DNA from: Adineta vaga
Taxonomy: Eukaryota > Animalia > Rotifera
NCBI GenBank assembly: GCA_021613535.1
Contig: CP075496.1
Coordinates: 10,044,001 to 10,108,000 of the forward strand
Direction: 5' to 3'
Length of the DNA: 64,000 bases
Shown here: in pieces, positions 22,716 through 35,959 of the stretch
Layout: the number at the start of each line of letters is the position of its first letter
How positions within the stretch are numbered: position 1 is the first letter of the stretch
Made by a program: the position numbers and the translations under genes
The notes under the pieces: generated by a model
The model's input: only the letters and a program-made list of their open reading frames with translations
Database searches by the model: none
What the model was told of the DNA's origin: nothing

Positions 22716-24150
22716 TCAATGTATAAACATCGAACCCCATTCATGAACAATTAATCCACTGTTTGATAAATGTTCATTGATGAAAACTTTTTGAATTTCA
22801 TTTTCCAATTCATCGAATGATGAAATTTCATTATCGTTATTTCCGAAACTAAAAACAAGAAAAATACGTAAGAATTGTTGAGGTAATGGTCGAATTGTTA
22901 ATTGAGCAGATTGAGAATAGATTTGAGAAGGAACGAAATGAAAGAGAATTTTCTGATTTTTATATTCAGGATCAACTTCATCCAATTGAGGAAGTATATA
23001 TGTTATCAAATCCTATAAAGAAAACGTCATCTTTTCATAAGATTAATGAAGTTTATACGTACATCACGATCTTCTGTAGATAAAGTCATTTTCTTTAGCA
23101 GATAGTTCAAAACTCGACTAAATTCATTTCGTGGAACGCATAGATTCTTCTGTTGAAGAAAACTCGGTATTGAACTAAGTGTCATTGCTTCCCAGAATAG
23201 CATTCGATGTTCAATTTCATTATCAATATGTGGATAAAATCGATTGATTAAATCATCTCGATTTTCTTTTTTGTCATCAAAAATAATCTTTCCATCAGGA
23301 TATACATTCAAATTAGTCCATTGTACAAAAGTTTTCTTATTCGTTATCGACGGATTTGGATACAGACTGGAAAACATCCATATATTTGGATCGAGTTCAA
23401 TTGATACATTCACATGTGGAATAATCTGATTAGTGGCTGATTTTAAACGAATAATTGGTTTACGAAGTCGTAATACAAGATGTAGACAACTTTCATTTAA
23501 GATACCATAATCTGTCAATGTTGAATTATCTTCAAGTTGTTTCCCACTGAAGATAAGACGTTGTTGATCAGTTGGAATACCTTCTTGGATTTGTATACGT
23601 TCTTTGATTATAGCGATAGTATCTGTTTTTAAACAGGTCTTAATATTTATCGTTTTACCAGTTAAAGTTTTAATGAAAATGATATCCATAGGTAATGATG
23701 AGGATGATTTCAATTGAATTAGAAAACGAGAATCATTAACTACATTAGACAATGTCTGAGAAAGATTAAGTGACAGTTGAGTATTTTCTTCCGATACCAA
23801 ATGATAATTATCAATATTTGATAAGTCAAGCAGATTCAATTCAGCCATTTGACAAAAAATATCACCAACAGTCACATGATTATTAACACTACGACACAAA
23901 CAAAAGAATAATAATTGAATTCAACATACAATTTATTCACAATAACTTACTAGATATCATAATCTTTGTTATTAAAAATTAATGTAATGATAAATAATCG
24001 AGGAATAGTCGATAGATCTTCACATGGATCAATATGTGCATTTCGAAGATCCATTGTACATTTGGAAAGTTTGTCCATATGAGTTTGAGCATCAATAGCT
24101 TTTTGATAACGTTTTATCAAATCGTCTATTGAATCATTCGTCAACGACAT
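22716..24150 (-). CDS. Ubiquitin-domain protein (no C-terminal GG) fused to a KPxIxL...FWEA...EWG domain of bacterial/fungal type, 3 exons
   Basis: Exons 24150-23951, 23888-23063 and 23012-22716 are in phase. [46 protein letters not shown] runs directly into [36 protein letters not shown]...LRIFLVF, VHEWG. Confidence 0.85.
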
Positions 24151-24382
24151 TTCTTTTGTTATCAAAATGCAAAAAAAACGAAAAAAAAAGAAGTATTTAT
24201 ACAAAGCTAAGCGGATGAAAAACAACAAACAATAACAGAATAGTCATATATGACATTCAATGTAATTAAAATAGATTGACTGTATCGACATCTTGCGATG
24301 AATCAATGTGAGAGTATTTTATTTAAGAAAAAAGAAAAGAAAAAACCTTTCGATGTCATTACGACTACACTTGACGTATTAT

Positions 24383-25108
24383 TCATGATGCATAGATTGC
24401 TGATTCAAGATTTTTCGAAATTAATTTCGATAATCTGAATGAGAATAAAACAATTACTAACTAAAAGAGAAATTATTTAACAATTAGAAGATATTTTCAT
24501 TGAATATTTACTTGTAAAATCAATGTTGTAATACATAAACCAATTGAACTAATTGAAGCAATAAGAATATGAGTATCGATTAAATGAAAGTACATCATTG
24601 TTTGAAAAATTGTTAATAGAGATACAATAAGAAATACACCAAATACACATAAAAATATTGTACTCAACCATGCAAACTAAAACTCAACTGTTTTCAAATA
24701 GAAATTCAAATTTTATATACAACATACTAATAATAATCCTTTGGAATAATAACGATAAGTAACGAATAACCAAAGACCATCATAAACAAGAGATACTAAA
24801 GCCCAACTGAATTCATATTGACGATTGAAATATTGACAAAACCATAAATTTGTATATTTCATACAAGGTAAACTGACAAAAGTCAGATACAATAGAGACA
24901 ACATCTAAAATTTCCAATAAACAAAATCGAATTTCTTTCCATTCGCAAAACATTTTTGTTCACTTACAATCATAATTGAAAGTAATAGAAGAAGAATCTT
25001 TCGTAATCGATCGATGTTCATCTTTCGAGATTGCTGAAAATGTACCGTATAATCGCTAGTAATGTTATCATTGTTGACAACTGTTTGAACACTTTCTTCG
25101 TTTTCCAT
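24383..25108 (-). CDS. Small multi-pass (~4 TM) membrane protein, paralogue A, 4 exons
   Basis: RLRKILLLL | ..SLVYDGLWLFVTYRY..GL.V | FAW.. | .VI.FSFRLSKLI; same exon layout as paralogues B and C. Confidence 0.75.
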
Positions 25109-25723
25109 TACTTCTCTTCAAATGTTGACTGAATGTCACTGACTTGATAGAATAGGAAGCACACTAATACTTTTCTATATTACTAACATACTAATCTGTC
25201 TTCTTTAGAGGCGTATTTTCTTTTAAGAAAACGACATGTTATTAGAAATCATTTTCATCAAAATTAAGAAAGAAAAAACGACAACAAACATTATAATAAA
25301 AAAAAAACTTCTCTCATAATTGACAAAAATAAAATATCAATGATGAATTTCTCAAATGAAATCATTTGTTCCAAATTAATTTAATATTCTGTATCGTTTA
25401 GATGACTAAAATATGTGAAACGACGTCGATCATACATCGCGTGACTACGATAAAAAAAAGAAAAAACCTTCGAAATTAAGTAGTAATAATTCTCCGAGGA
25501 TGTTCATCAAAAAATTACCCTCAAATTTATTGCTTATATGCAGATAAAGGAAATAGGGAAAAAGCGGAATTTCTTTATATAATTCAATAATATTGTATCT
25601 AAAATTAGATGTACATTGCATTAAATAACGTTTATATTGACAGAATTAATATATTTTTAGTTTATGATCTTCAAGATTTGTATTTCAAATATATTTACAC
25701 ATAAGATGATATCTTTTTAGCTA

Positions 25724-26417
25724 TCAAATACCACATACATCTATAGATTCGATTACTTGCTGTTCGATATGAGTAATTAATTTCGATAATATAAATGCGA
25801 ATCGAATTGTAATTAACTATAGAAATAGAAATGAACAAAGAATTTGTTTTTATAAAGAACATAATTTACTCGAAGTGATAATATACAAATCCAAAAGATA
25901 ACAAAAACAATATATCGAGGTGTATAAAATTTCATTTCATTCGAAGCAAGTGTTTCCTTATGACGTGGTATAAATAACATCATACCAAGAACAACACAAC
26001 TGCAAATAAAAAAGAATATTCCCATCCATGCGTACTAAAAATACAAGATATTAAAAAGATTAGATGGAATAAAGAAAATCTACTACCACACGTAAACATA
26101 TTCGAGAGCAAAGATAAGAAACAATTAATCCAAAAACATCATAAATAATCGAACAAAATATCCATATTAAAGGATAGTAAAATTTTACATTCTCTCTCAT
26201 CCATGAATTGACAGAATATAAATGTATATAAGCAAGGAAAACAATGAGATCAAATGTCTGAAAAATCGAATTGATTAGATATAGATTTGATGAACTTTGA
26301 TTTCTAACTTACGAATAAAATATCGATAAGAATAAAAAGAATTTTCTGTCGTCGATATATATTAGCTTCATATAAAAGCAAGTGAGGTGTTAGAGCTAAA
26401 TGTGGATGATTGAGCAT
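25724..26417 (-). CDS. Small multi-pass membrane protein, paralogue B, 4 exons
   Basis: RRQKILFIL | ..YDVFGLIVSY...CLRV | YAWMG.. | LITIRFAFILSKLI. Confidence 0.72.
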
Positions 26418-26760
26418 GATAGATTGATTGTGTTTCACCAACGAAGTTTTTTTTCTTTATCAGAGACAAATTCGAAGAATAGTATTTTAAGAGAAAAGCG
26501 ATAAGTAGGAACTAAATACAACGTGTTAGAATGTTATAATTATGAAGGAGTGCTAAGATAGTTTATTTATGAAAAATCACAACTACCAGACGTGTTAATA
26601 TTCGAATTTACATAATGTGTGTACCAAAAGTATGATATTTTATCACTTAGACTGGAATTTTACAACGATGATTCAAAAAACGATATATTTATTCCTTAAC
26701 CGAAATATTCTTTATTCTAGTAGGATATACTAACAATACTAAACAGTTTAAATAGCAGAA

Positions 26761-27481
26761 TTATACGGTTCGAATGATTGTTCGTTGATTATGTACAAGT
26801 AAATTCGATAATTTAAATGACAAACATATAACAATCATCTAAAACAAAAATATTCAAATATATATTTAAAATGAAAAGTCAATGAAATATTTACAAGAAT
26901 GATTGACGATATTGTAAAAATGAGCATATAAATTGTAGGACCAACAAGATCATCATCATCAGTACGAGATGAATTTTGATGTGTTGTATTAAATGCTGCG
27001 ATACAAAGCACGATAAAACTAGTTCCTACTAAAATCAAAAGAACTGTTCCAATCGATGCAAACTGAAATAGAAAAATAAATTCGATTGATTAAACAAAAT
27101 AATAATATTCAATACATTACCACACGTAAAGCTTTTTGAAAGTATCGAATTGTTACGATGAATCCAAAAGCATCATAGATAACTGACAATAAAGTCCAAA
27201 CTAATTCGTAATTACTTTTGAAATAGGAACTAAATCTTGATTTATCGACATAGGCATGAACAATGAAAATCAAGTAAATGGTATCGAATGTCTAAAAAGG
27301 ATGTCATTTCATTTAGATGAATACATTTTGAATGATAATTTACAAGTAAAAAACCAATGAGAATAAGAAGAATCTTTCGAATACGATGTATTTTCAATTG
27401 TTCAGGTGATAATCGTAACGTAACCGACTGGTTAGGGTCTTCGATCATACCGAATTTTTCAATAATATCTTCTTCATTCAT
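26761..27481 (-). CDS. Small multi-pass membrane protein, paralogue C, 4 exons
   Basis: RIRKILLIL | ..IYDAFGFIVTIRY...LRV | FASIG.. | MIVICLSFKLSNLL. Confidence 0.75.
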
Positions 27482-28051
27482 ATTTGTTTATCCCTTGTTT
27501 TTTTTCACAATTGCAAAGTAAAATAAATCTCGACATAAAAGTTAAATAGAGAAACACCAGCTGTCGCTTAGTTTGCCTTTTTTTTCTCTTCATTCTTATC
27601 TAGGAATCAATGAAAGAAAAGATGTCACATTATATTGTTAATCAAGAGAACAAAACTTCTCTTATAGACAATTGTTTTGAATATTAACTAGCTTTCTTTG
27701 GTATCAACTGATTTTATTTACAATTTTTAATCATTGACGATCGATGAAAAGACTAAACAATGATTGACTAGTAATGAAACAGCAAATGGTTGGATCATAC
27801 AACGAAAGAATTATAGATTTCATGAGATATTCTATTTCATTTTGTTGACAACAGAATATGATCAAACGATAAACTCTAATAGTGAAGTGATTCAAAACCA
27901 AAAATCTAAAATATACTTTGCATCTGATTTGATGAGCTTATTGAATAAACATTACTAAATTGTTACATCTATTTTTATTTCAACTCGTCTAATTAATAAG
28001 TTTCTTTCATCAACGAAAATTTTTTTTTCTGTTACTATTGATTGTGTTAGT

Positions 28052-29435
28052 TCAATGCTGATTCGCTGGATTAGTTCTGAGTTTTGGATGGTGCTGTCGT
28101 CTACGAATAAAACAAAAAAAAAGGAGATCATATATAGAAACTTTATTTGCAATATTCTATTCCAATATACAAACCTTGGATTCGTATTTTTTGATGTTTT
28201 ATCTCGTTCACTTGATTGATCATATTCTATTGATGAAGATAACAGATAAGAAAGTCGATTTTCGATACATAAAATATTCATTTACCTCGACTGGATTTCC
28301 CACCCTCTTTAAAGTTATTTCGCTTTGGCGTTGATATACTCACAAAAATGTGAGTATTCCATTGAGGAATATGTTTTTCTATAGAAAAAAATGCAGATGA
28401 TGCTAAATAGATATTGGAGACTCATCTTACGATTATATTCTCCAACTGCTGCAGAAGCTGATTCTTTATCAGCATAAACAACTTTTGCTGAGCACGGCGC
28501 ATCCTTATTAGTTGGATTCTTGAAAATAAATAAACTGGCTTTTTGGGTCGTTGCATCGTACTAAAATAGATATGAATGAAGATTTCTCAAATAATATTAC
28601 AGTTAAATAGATCCATTAGATTTACCTTAATACGACCGACTTTTGAAAAGAAGTCAAATACATCGTTAAATTTGACATTACCAGGTAGATTTCGAATAAA
28701 TATGGCATCATCTTCTTTCTTATTTTTATCATCGGTGCATGTTTCCGAAATCGATGAAGAAACACTTTCAGCATCAGAATCACCAGCAGGTGTTGCTGCG
28801 CTGCTGCTCCTGCGACTATGAGAAAAACAATCATCGTATACAAATGATTTTTAATCTAAAGATGATTTCAATTTACCTTTGTCATCAGTTGTTTGAAATT
28901 TCTTTCCCTTTAATTTATTGATCTCTGAAGTTTGTTGTTGGATTTGTTTCCTAAGCTGATTATTTTCAGCGATTAAGAAACCTAAAACAGGTCTCAATGG
29001 CTCAAAAATGCATCTCGATACATGTTCATGTAATTCTTCTCGTCGTCCGTTCCAGGGACATTTGATATCCATTGCTAGACATTGAACCATAGCCTTTGGA
29101 CAAATCTTATTGATATGATCCAGAAAATTTCCACGCTGTAAACCAGTTTCTTCACATAATGTACACCGGACTCGAATTTGATCAAGCATATTACGTAAAG
29201 GACGACTAGCTTGCGTGAGTTCTTTAGTCGATAGTGGTTTTTTCATACACGTTGGACATGATTGAATGGTATTCTTTGTTAACCAACGTGTAATACATCC
29301 TTTACAGTATGTATGATCACACGATGTGCATACAGGTTCTTTAAAAGGTTTCTGACAAATACTACATATTAAATTAGGATCAATAGAACTTTCATCTATA
29401 TATTCCATCGATTCAAATTCATTATTAGCTGCCAT
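28052..29435 (-). CDS. RING + TRAF-type zinc finger + coiled coil + FET-like RRM protein; apparent 1-nt frameshift or alternative acceptor near 28800
   Basis: CSIC..PF.EPV.T.CDHTYC..CI..W....CPTC RING; C..C...LQRGNF.DH....C and C.....C.W.G.R.EL.EH...C. Downstream exons give AIFIRNLP....F.DV.DFFSKVGRIKYD.TTQK....IFK....A.VVY.D..SA..AV.EYN. Confidence 0.75.
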
Positions 29436-31132
29436 TAGTTTTGAAAATTAAGATATCTAGAAAAAAAATATTAGTCTCCATGTGAATGACATTGACTTTT
29501 GTTTCTTTAACTTTACAAGGACAATAAATCATACACTTCGAAAAAGTTGAATCTAACTAAATATAAGTAATCATTCATCATAAACGATAACTTGTAAACA
29601 CGCAATATAGTATAAAAATATATTTCTGCTTGTTTTTATATGTACGATGGTTTACTCTCTCAATATTATTTCGTAGTAATACGCATGGTTTGTTTACTGA
29701 CATTATTCAAAATGGCCTATCTGATTGTCAACGTTGCCTAGACGACAATTTATACATATAACTGTACAAAAAATTTTACGTTCGTTTTTCTCATACGCTA
29801 AATAAGTTTTGTATTCATTACGTATGAATTTCGATGCATGAGAAGAAAGTATTACTATCGAAATATAATTCTCAAATTTTGCAAGTTAACACCGATATAC
29901 AACAAGAAAATGATGATAGTTTATATGTACATTCTCAAAATTAGACGTTCATTGTTGAAATTAACTGCATAGATAGTATTATTTAATATACATATATGGT
30001 ATGTAGAATCTTTCTATCACATGATTTAGTTGTGTGACTCACTTCTAGACTATTACTTTACAAAACCGTGTAAACATACGTCACTGCAATAAATAAAAAT
30101 GGTATGCGAATGACGATTGACAAAAAAACATCGAACATAAAGAACTATAAAGATTCATAAAAAAGAAAGGAAAAACAACATGATCACAAATAGAATTAGA
30201 AGCAACCAAGTTTCCAGACAGAATAGAACTAATGTTGTCACGAGCTTCTCTAACTATATGCTGTGTGTACGCATTTTTTCTCGTATTACTTTATCTTTGA
30301 TCGTTCCAAGGACTATATTTCTGTTCTGTTACTCTTCTGATAGGAAAAGAAAATTTCTCCTCTTTCTTCTTTCGCGAATTCATGTGCTTGTCAAATTATT
30401 AGAGAATAATGAAAAAAGAATATTCTATTCTGTCTCTTTATATTTTTGTTTTTCAAATCCATATTTAAGAAAGCTTTCTTATTTCAATAACATCATGTCG
30501 CTCTTTAAAATACCTTAACTGAGACGTGAACAATGCAAAAAATCTATAGATCTTAGAATGAAAATCTACGAAATCAGTTAATATTTTCTCAGTCCATTTG
30601 TCACATACACATGATCAAAAAACTAATCTTTTCTGATGTATTTTTTTAATATATAAATGCATCATCGACGAAACCTTTCATTGAATAAATAAACTCGAAT
30701 CTAATTTTCAATATATAAATATAAATTTTATAATTATAGTATTTTGACATAAAATAATCAAACTTTATAGCTTCTATTCATCATAGCAGTCACTTTAGCG
30801 ACAGCGTACAAAACTAATCTTGTCACTACTGCCATCACAGTACTTTGATGCAACTGGTAAAAATCGATGAATGAAAATCGTTGTAGTTCTTTTTATATAG
30901 AATGAATCAACACGTTAATCACGTTTATTTTCCAATCCAGTTGTGCAATTCTTCTACATTATAGTCAAACCAAACAAGTTACTAATAATTTTTCACAATA
31001 TAATTACCTATCTTCTTTCAGAACAAAGTTATCTTATTTATTACTATTATCGGTCGGTAGAGAAAAGAATATTATTGAAACTGTTATTTCTTTCACTTGA
31101 AAACAAATCACGACTTTTTGAGTTTTTATATA

Positions 31133-32984
31133 ATGTCCGACAATCTGTCAGTAAAAATTATCTCGACAACATGCTTTCAGCATCTACCTGCAGAAATTAT
31201 TCTCGATATTTTCCACTATTTATCTTCTCATCACATTCTTCAAGCATTCTTTCTCTTAAACTCACGTTTGCAAAATCTCATCACCAAACAACAACAACGT
31301 TATATCAATCCTTTCCAACTACCAACAACATATTTACATTCATGGTATCAAATCTTATCACTCTTTGGACCACATATTCATTCATTGATGATTGTTAATG
31401 ATCATTTAACTTTCTCATTAGATCTCTTTTCAAATCTCAGAACGCTCATCATTTCATCATCATCATATGGACTTCCAAAATGATCAATTCAATCTCATTT
31501 TAGATCACGAATGCTTTTCACAATTACATGCATTGAAAATCAAAGATGAAATCTTACAAAAATTATCAAAAAATGAAAGCGAACTTGATTGTGAACAACT
31601 GTTATTCAGAAAAGTGTTTAATGATGAAAACAAATTAGAAGTATTTGAATATATGCCTCAAGTGAGCAGTTTGCGATGGAGAAGATTTTATGGATTGAAA
31701 TGTAATGTTCATATACGATCGTTGACAATCCATTTACATGACTTTCAAGATCTGTTTACTTTTTTTGAATACACACCAAATTTACGTTATTTGAAGTTAG
31801 AATCTTTATCACCGTATCTGAGTGATACATATCAATATGATAATGTTTTTGGAATTGAACTCAATGAATTTCACATGAAATTTAATCCAGCTCAAACTGG
31901 ACCATTAGGAACTTGTTATATTGGTGTAGATTTCGATCGAATCATTCGTGCTATACTTCGGTTTTCATCATCATTGATAAGTTTATCATTAAATTTTGTT
32001 GATATGAATTGGATTCGAGATAGAGATGATTTTCCATTTAATGGTATCAAACTAGAAAATCAATTATTATCACAGTTAATTAATTTAGAAAATTTTCATT
32101 TCTACTCTCGAAAAGTTTTCAAAGACAATAATATACATCGAATTTTATCAACATTCAAAACTCAGTTTTGGTTCGATCGTAATTGGACTGTTGGTGCTCA
32201 TTATTACAATGGAGGTGTTTATATTTATTCTTTACCATTTCATTTCCATGAATTTCGTAGTTTTACAAATTTCAATCCTATTTTATATAATAATGATGAC
32301 GTTCTAACAAATACTCATAACTTATGGTCAAATATTACAACTCTTGAATTCTTCATAATTGACGGCCTCTATTTTAAGGAATTATTTCGTTTAATCAAAA
32401 TCAATATGCCCAAGCTCAAGGTTATCAAGTTTCTTCGAGATTTTAGTGATCAGTCTATATCTCCCATAGAAATCAAAGATATTGATATAGTATTGAATAC
32501 AGTAACAACAGTTAGTCTTCATCAAGTATTTCTAGAGGACTTAAAACAATGTTTTATTAATGCTCTACCAAATGTTAAACATTTAATTCTAATTTCTTCT
32601 ACATTACCAGCGGGAGGAAATGAATTGACGGATATGTTGAGTAGAAGAATTCAACGGTTAAATATTAATAGTTATTACGAAATACAAAATCTAGCAGAAC
32701 TAGATAAGAGCTATCTTACGAATTTGAAAGAATTGCAGTTAATATTTGGTGTAGGAGGTTTTACTAAGGAGAAAAATAGCCGTTCCAAATTGATAATGAA
32801 TTTGTTAAGAAATTTCCCAAGCTTGAAAATTTTATCGATTTATGCCTTACCTTGCAGTGGTTGCACCTTTTACAGTGCTGATCAAATATTTCAACCAGTG
32901 ATTGATTATTTAGATCCAGATGAAATGAAAAATAAATACGAAATTAAACGTTGTGGTCAATATCTTCGATTTGTGAAAATATGA
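31133..32984 (+). CDS. Lineage-expanded F-box + divergent LRR protein, frameshifted at ~31466
   Basis: F-box FQHLPAEIILDIFHYLS...AF..LN.R..NL. The long ORF 31467-32984 with TPNLRYL, F...FW....W.V and IYSLPF is in a different frame. Confidence 0.75.
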
Positions 32985-33511
32985 ATACTTGTTTTGACTG
33001 TTATTGTTATCAATAAAATAGAGAAGCAAAAAAATGTATTTATGATATTGTGAGTTAAACGTTTGTCATGATGAATTATATCTATTGCAAGTGATTTTCG
33101 TAGTTAAGATTATATTTGACACAGGAAAGCATTCGTTTCTTGGATTTATTGAATTTAATTAGCAGGCATGTATGAAAGAATCATCAATTGATGTATCAGA
33201 GTTATATGATCAAGATTACATTTTCCTTTGTTCAAGTTTATAGTTTAATTCATTTAATTCTAACTATCCTAAAACTCATTTCTGTCATTTCTTCAGACAC
33301 ACATATTTGTCTGCTCATAAGTATTCATTCATAGATAACGCGAAATATATCTCTTTCTCCGAAAAGTAAATGTCGATAGGGAGAAGATCTGTTTTGCTGT
33401 ATTTTGACGGAAGGATTATCATAAATCTCTGTTTTCATTATGTCAATAAACAATCGTTGTATTCAACACAAGTAGAATATTACAAAACACTTTAGCTACA
33501 TACATTTTACG

Positions 33512-34910
33512 ATGTCCGATAATCTGTCAGTAAAGACTATCTTAGCAACATGCTTTCAGCATCTACCTACAGAAATTATTTTCACAACAACAACATATTT
33601 ACATTCATGGTATCAAATCCTATCACTCTTTGGACCACATATTCATTCATTGATGATTGCTAATGATCATTTAGCTTTCTCATTAGATCTCTTTTCAAAT
33701 CTCAGAACGCTCATCATTTCATCATCATCATATGGACTTCCAAAATGATCAATTCAATCTCATTTTACATCACGAATGCTTTTCACAATTACATGCATTG
33801 AAAATCTAATGATTACATTCAATCGTTGACAATTCGTCTCGAAGAATTTCGAGATTTGCTTGTTTCTCTTGAATGTATACAAAATTTGCGTTATTTGAGT
33901 ATTCGATCAACATTTCCAACACCGCTAAGATATTCAAAGGAAATTAAACAATTTTTGAAAATTCAACTAAAAGAATTCTATTTTATATCGAGTAGACTTC
34001 ATCACACCTCAAGTGATTCATCGTTCTTTGATCCTAACCTTGATGAAGTAACTCGTACAATTCACATATTTTCATCTTTATTGATAAATTTGTTGTTAAA
34101 ACTTTTCAGTATTGGTTTACTTAATCATAGCATGTATCACAACAGTCGTTTATTGTGATTTGTCACGAACTTGAGAAACGATTATTAAAATTAATCATCA
34201 AATCAAAAGTTTTTTTTATCTCTACGTGAATACAGAAGGAGATCAAAATATTTACCAGGACATTTTATCCACGCTTCGAAGTCATTTTTGGCTTGATCAT
34301 AATTGAGTAATTAGTGGTCACCATCTTGATGCTGTTAGATACATATATTCCTTACCATTTCAATTCAATAAATTTGAAGGTGTAAGTGACTTTCATCAAG
34401 TCAAATCAACTAGTGATCAGATATTACGAAATAATTTTCGATTATGGTCCAATATTGAATCATCGCAAAAAAAATTATTTCGATTTGCACAAAACAATAA
34501 ACGATGTTGATGTAAGATGAAACTACAAGAAAATTTCAATCATTTAGTTTTAACCATTACTGATTTTCCACCAGTAGATTATAAATTAACTGTAGTGTCT
34601 AATAAGAAAGTTCAACGTTTAAAAATCAATGAAATAGCTTTCAGCGAAAAGCTAGCTACAATCTATTATAATTATCTTTTGCATCTACAAGACTTACATT
34701 TGAAATATAATTTCCATTCGCTTTTGATGAAACTCAAGAACAACCAACGATCATTATGAATTTATTAAGAAATCTTTCAAAATTATAACTTCTATCAATC
34801 TATATTGCATTGAGAATATCAAATTTTGCATACGACATGAAATATAGCTTTATGATCATTACTGAAAGACTTCTTGAGACGAAGATATCAGATGAATTTA
34901 AAACTAAATA
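33512..34910 (+). pseudogene. Tandem paralogue of the 31133 F-box/LRR gene with deletions, frameshifts and stops
   Basis: Same start MSDNLSVK; near-identical 33586-33806 segment; diverged fragments SLTIRLEEFRDL..NLRYL, FWLDHN*VI, YIYSLPF. Confidence 0.85.
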
Positions 34911-35959
34911 ATATTCTTAAAATTTACTAATCATAAGAAGAAAAACAGTATTACGAATAAAAAAATTCATATATCTTCATTGTTTCGAAATGATTTTATA
35001 ATTATTAATTAAATTTCAATATTGAAATACCGTATTTCTATGTAAGAAGATCTATTTCGTGCAATCTCTATTTCACACGAAATATATCAAAGGAATCAAT
35101 TTCTCTTGATATTCAACATACTTCTTTGAATCTTTCAGGATAATGAATGCATTCTCTCAGCATTGATTTACATATTTAGATTATTTTCTTTTGAACTGAA
35201 GTGACAGTTGTGTTTTTTTCTCTTCCAAAATAAAAATTAACAATCGAATGTATACATTATTCAAATAAATTTCTTAAAAAATCATTCGACTGATTACAAT
35301 CGAATCATTGATGATTATGTACCATTGCACAAAGGCAAATGAATCACTTTTCATACAGAGAACATGAAAAAGCCGACTGTTTTTCTAGGAGAAGACTCAT
35401 ATGTTGTTCAAGAAAATATTTTATTATATTTTATCTTAAATTGATTAGATCATTTATAAAAATAAATCTCAAATAGTTGAGACAATGTATGGCTTCTATG
35501 AAGACTTTCATTTACTGAATTGAAAAGAGAAAGATGATCGACTGAAATAATACTTCAACTAATCTCATAGGGAAAAAATTCAAGGATGTTGACAATAGCA
35601 CGTTCTTCTATTTTGAAATTGTCAACTAAGTGAGATTAAATATATTTGTTGATTGATGAACAGATTCGAAATTTATTTTTGCAAATAGTCACTGTCGCAC
35701 TATTTAGAAGAGAAAAAAAAGAACTGAAGAAGCAAAACCATAATATTAATAAAATACTGTCAAAAAAGAAAGAAAATCTTCTACAAGAGAAAGAAAGAGA
35801 AAAAGCGCACACACTTGTTATCTAATCTAATCTTGATTAAAAACTAAAAACAATATAAAAAGCATATTCTTTTCAGTATTCAAGCAGTGTACAAACAAAC
35901 ATGAGAATAATCAGATAATATTATCGTTCGGTGAGTTAAGACCAAGAGAACGAAAAGAT

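Noticed and set aside
31345-31503. Intron that might bypass the F-box frameshift
   Set aside because: The GTATCA donor and TTTTAG acceptor are phase-incompatible and would create a TGA.
35049-35089. Small hairpin TATTTCGTG...CACGAAATA as a possible Helitron end or terminator
   Set aside because: AT-rich 9-bp stem with no following CTRR and no other element features.
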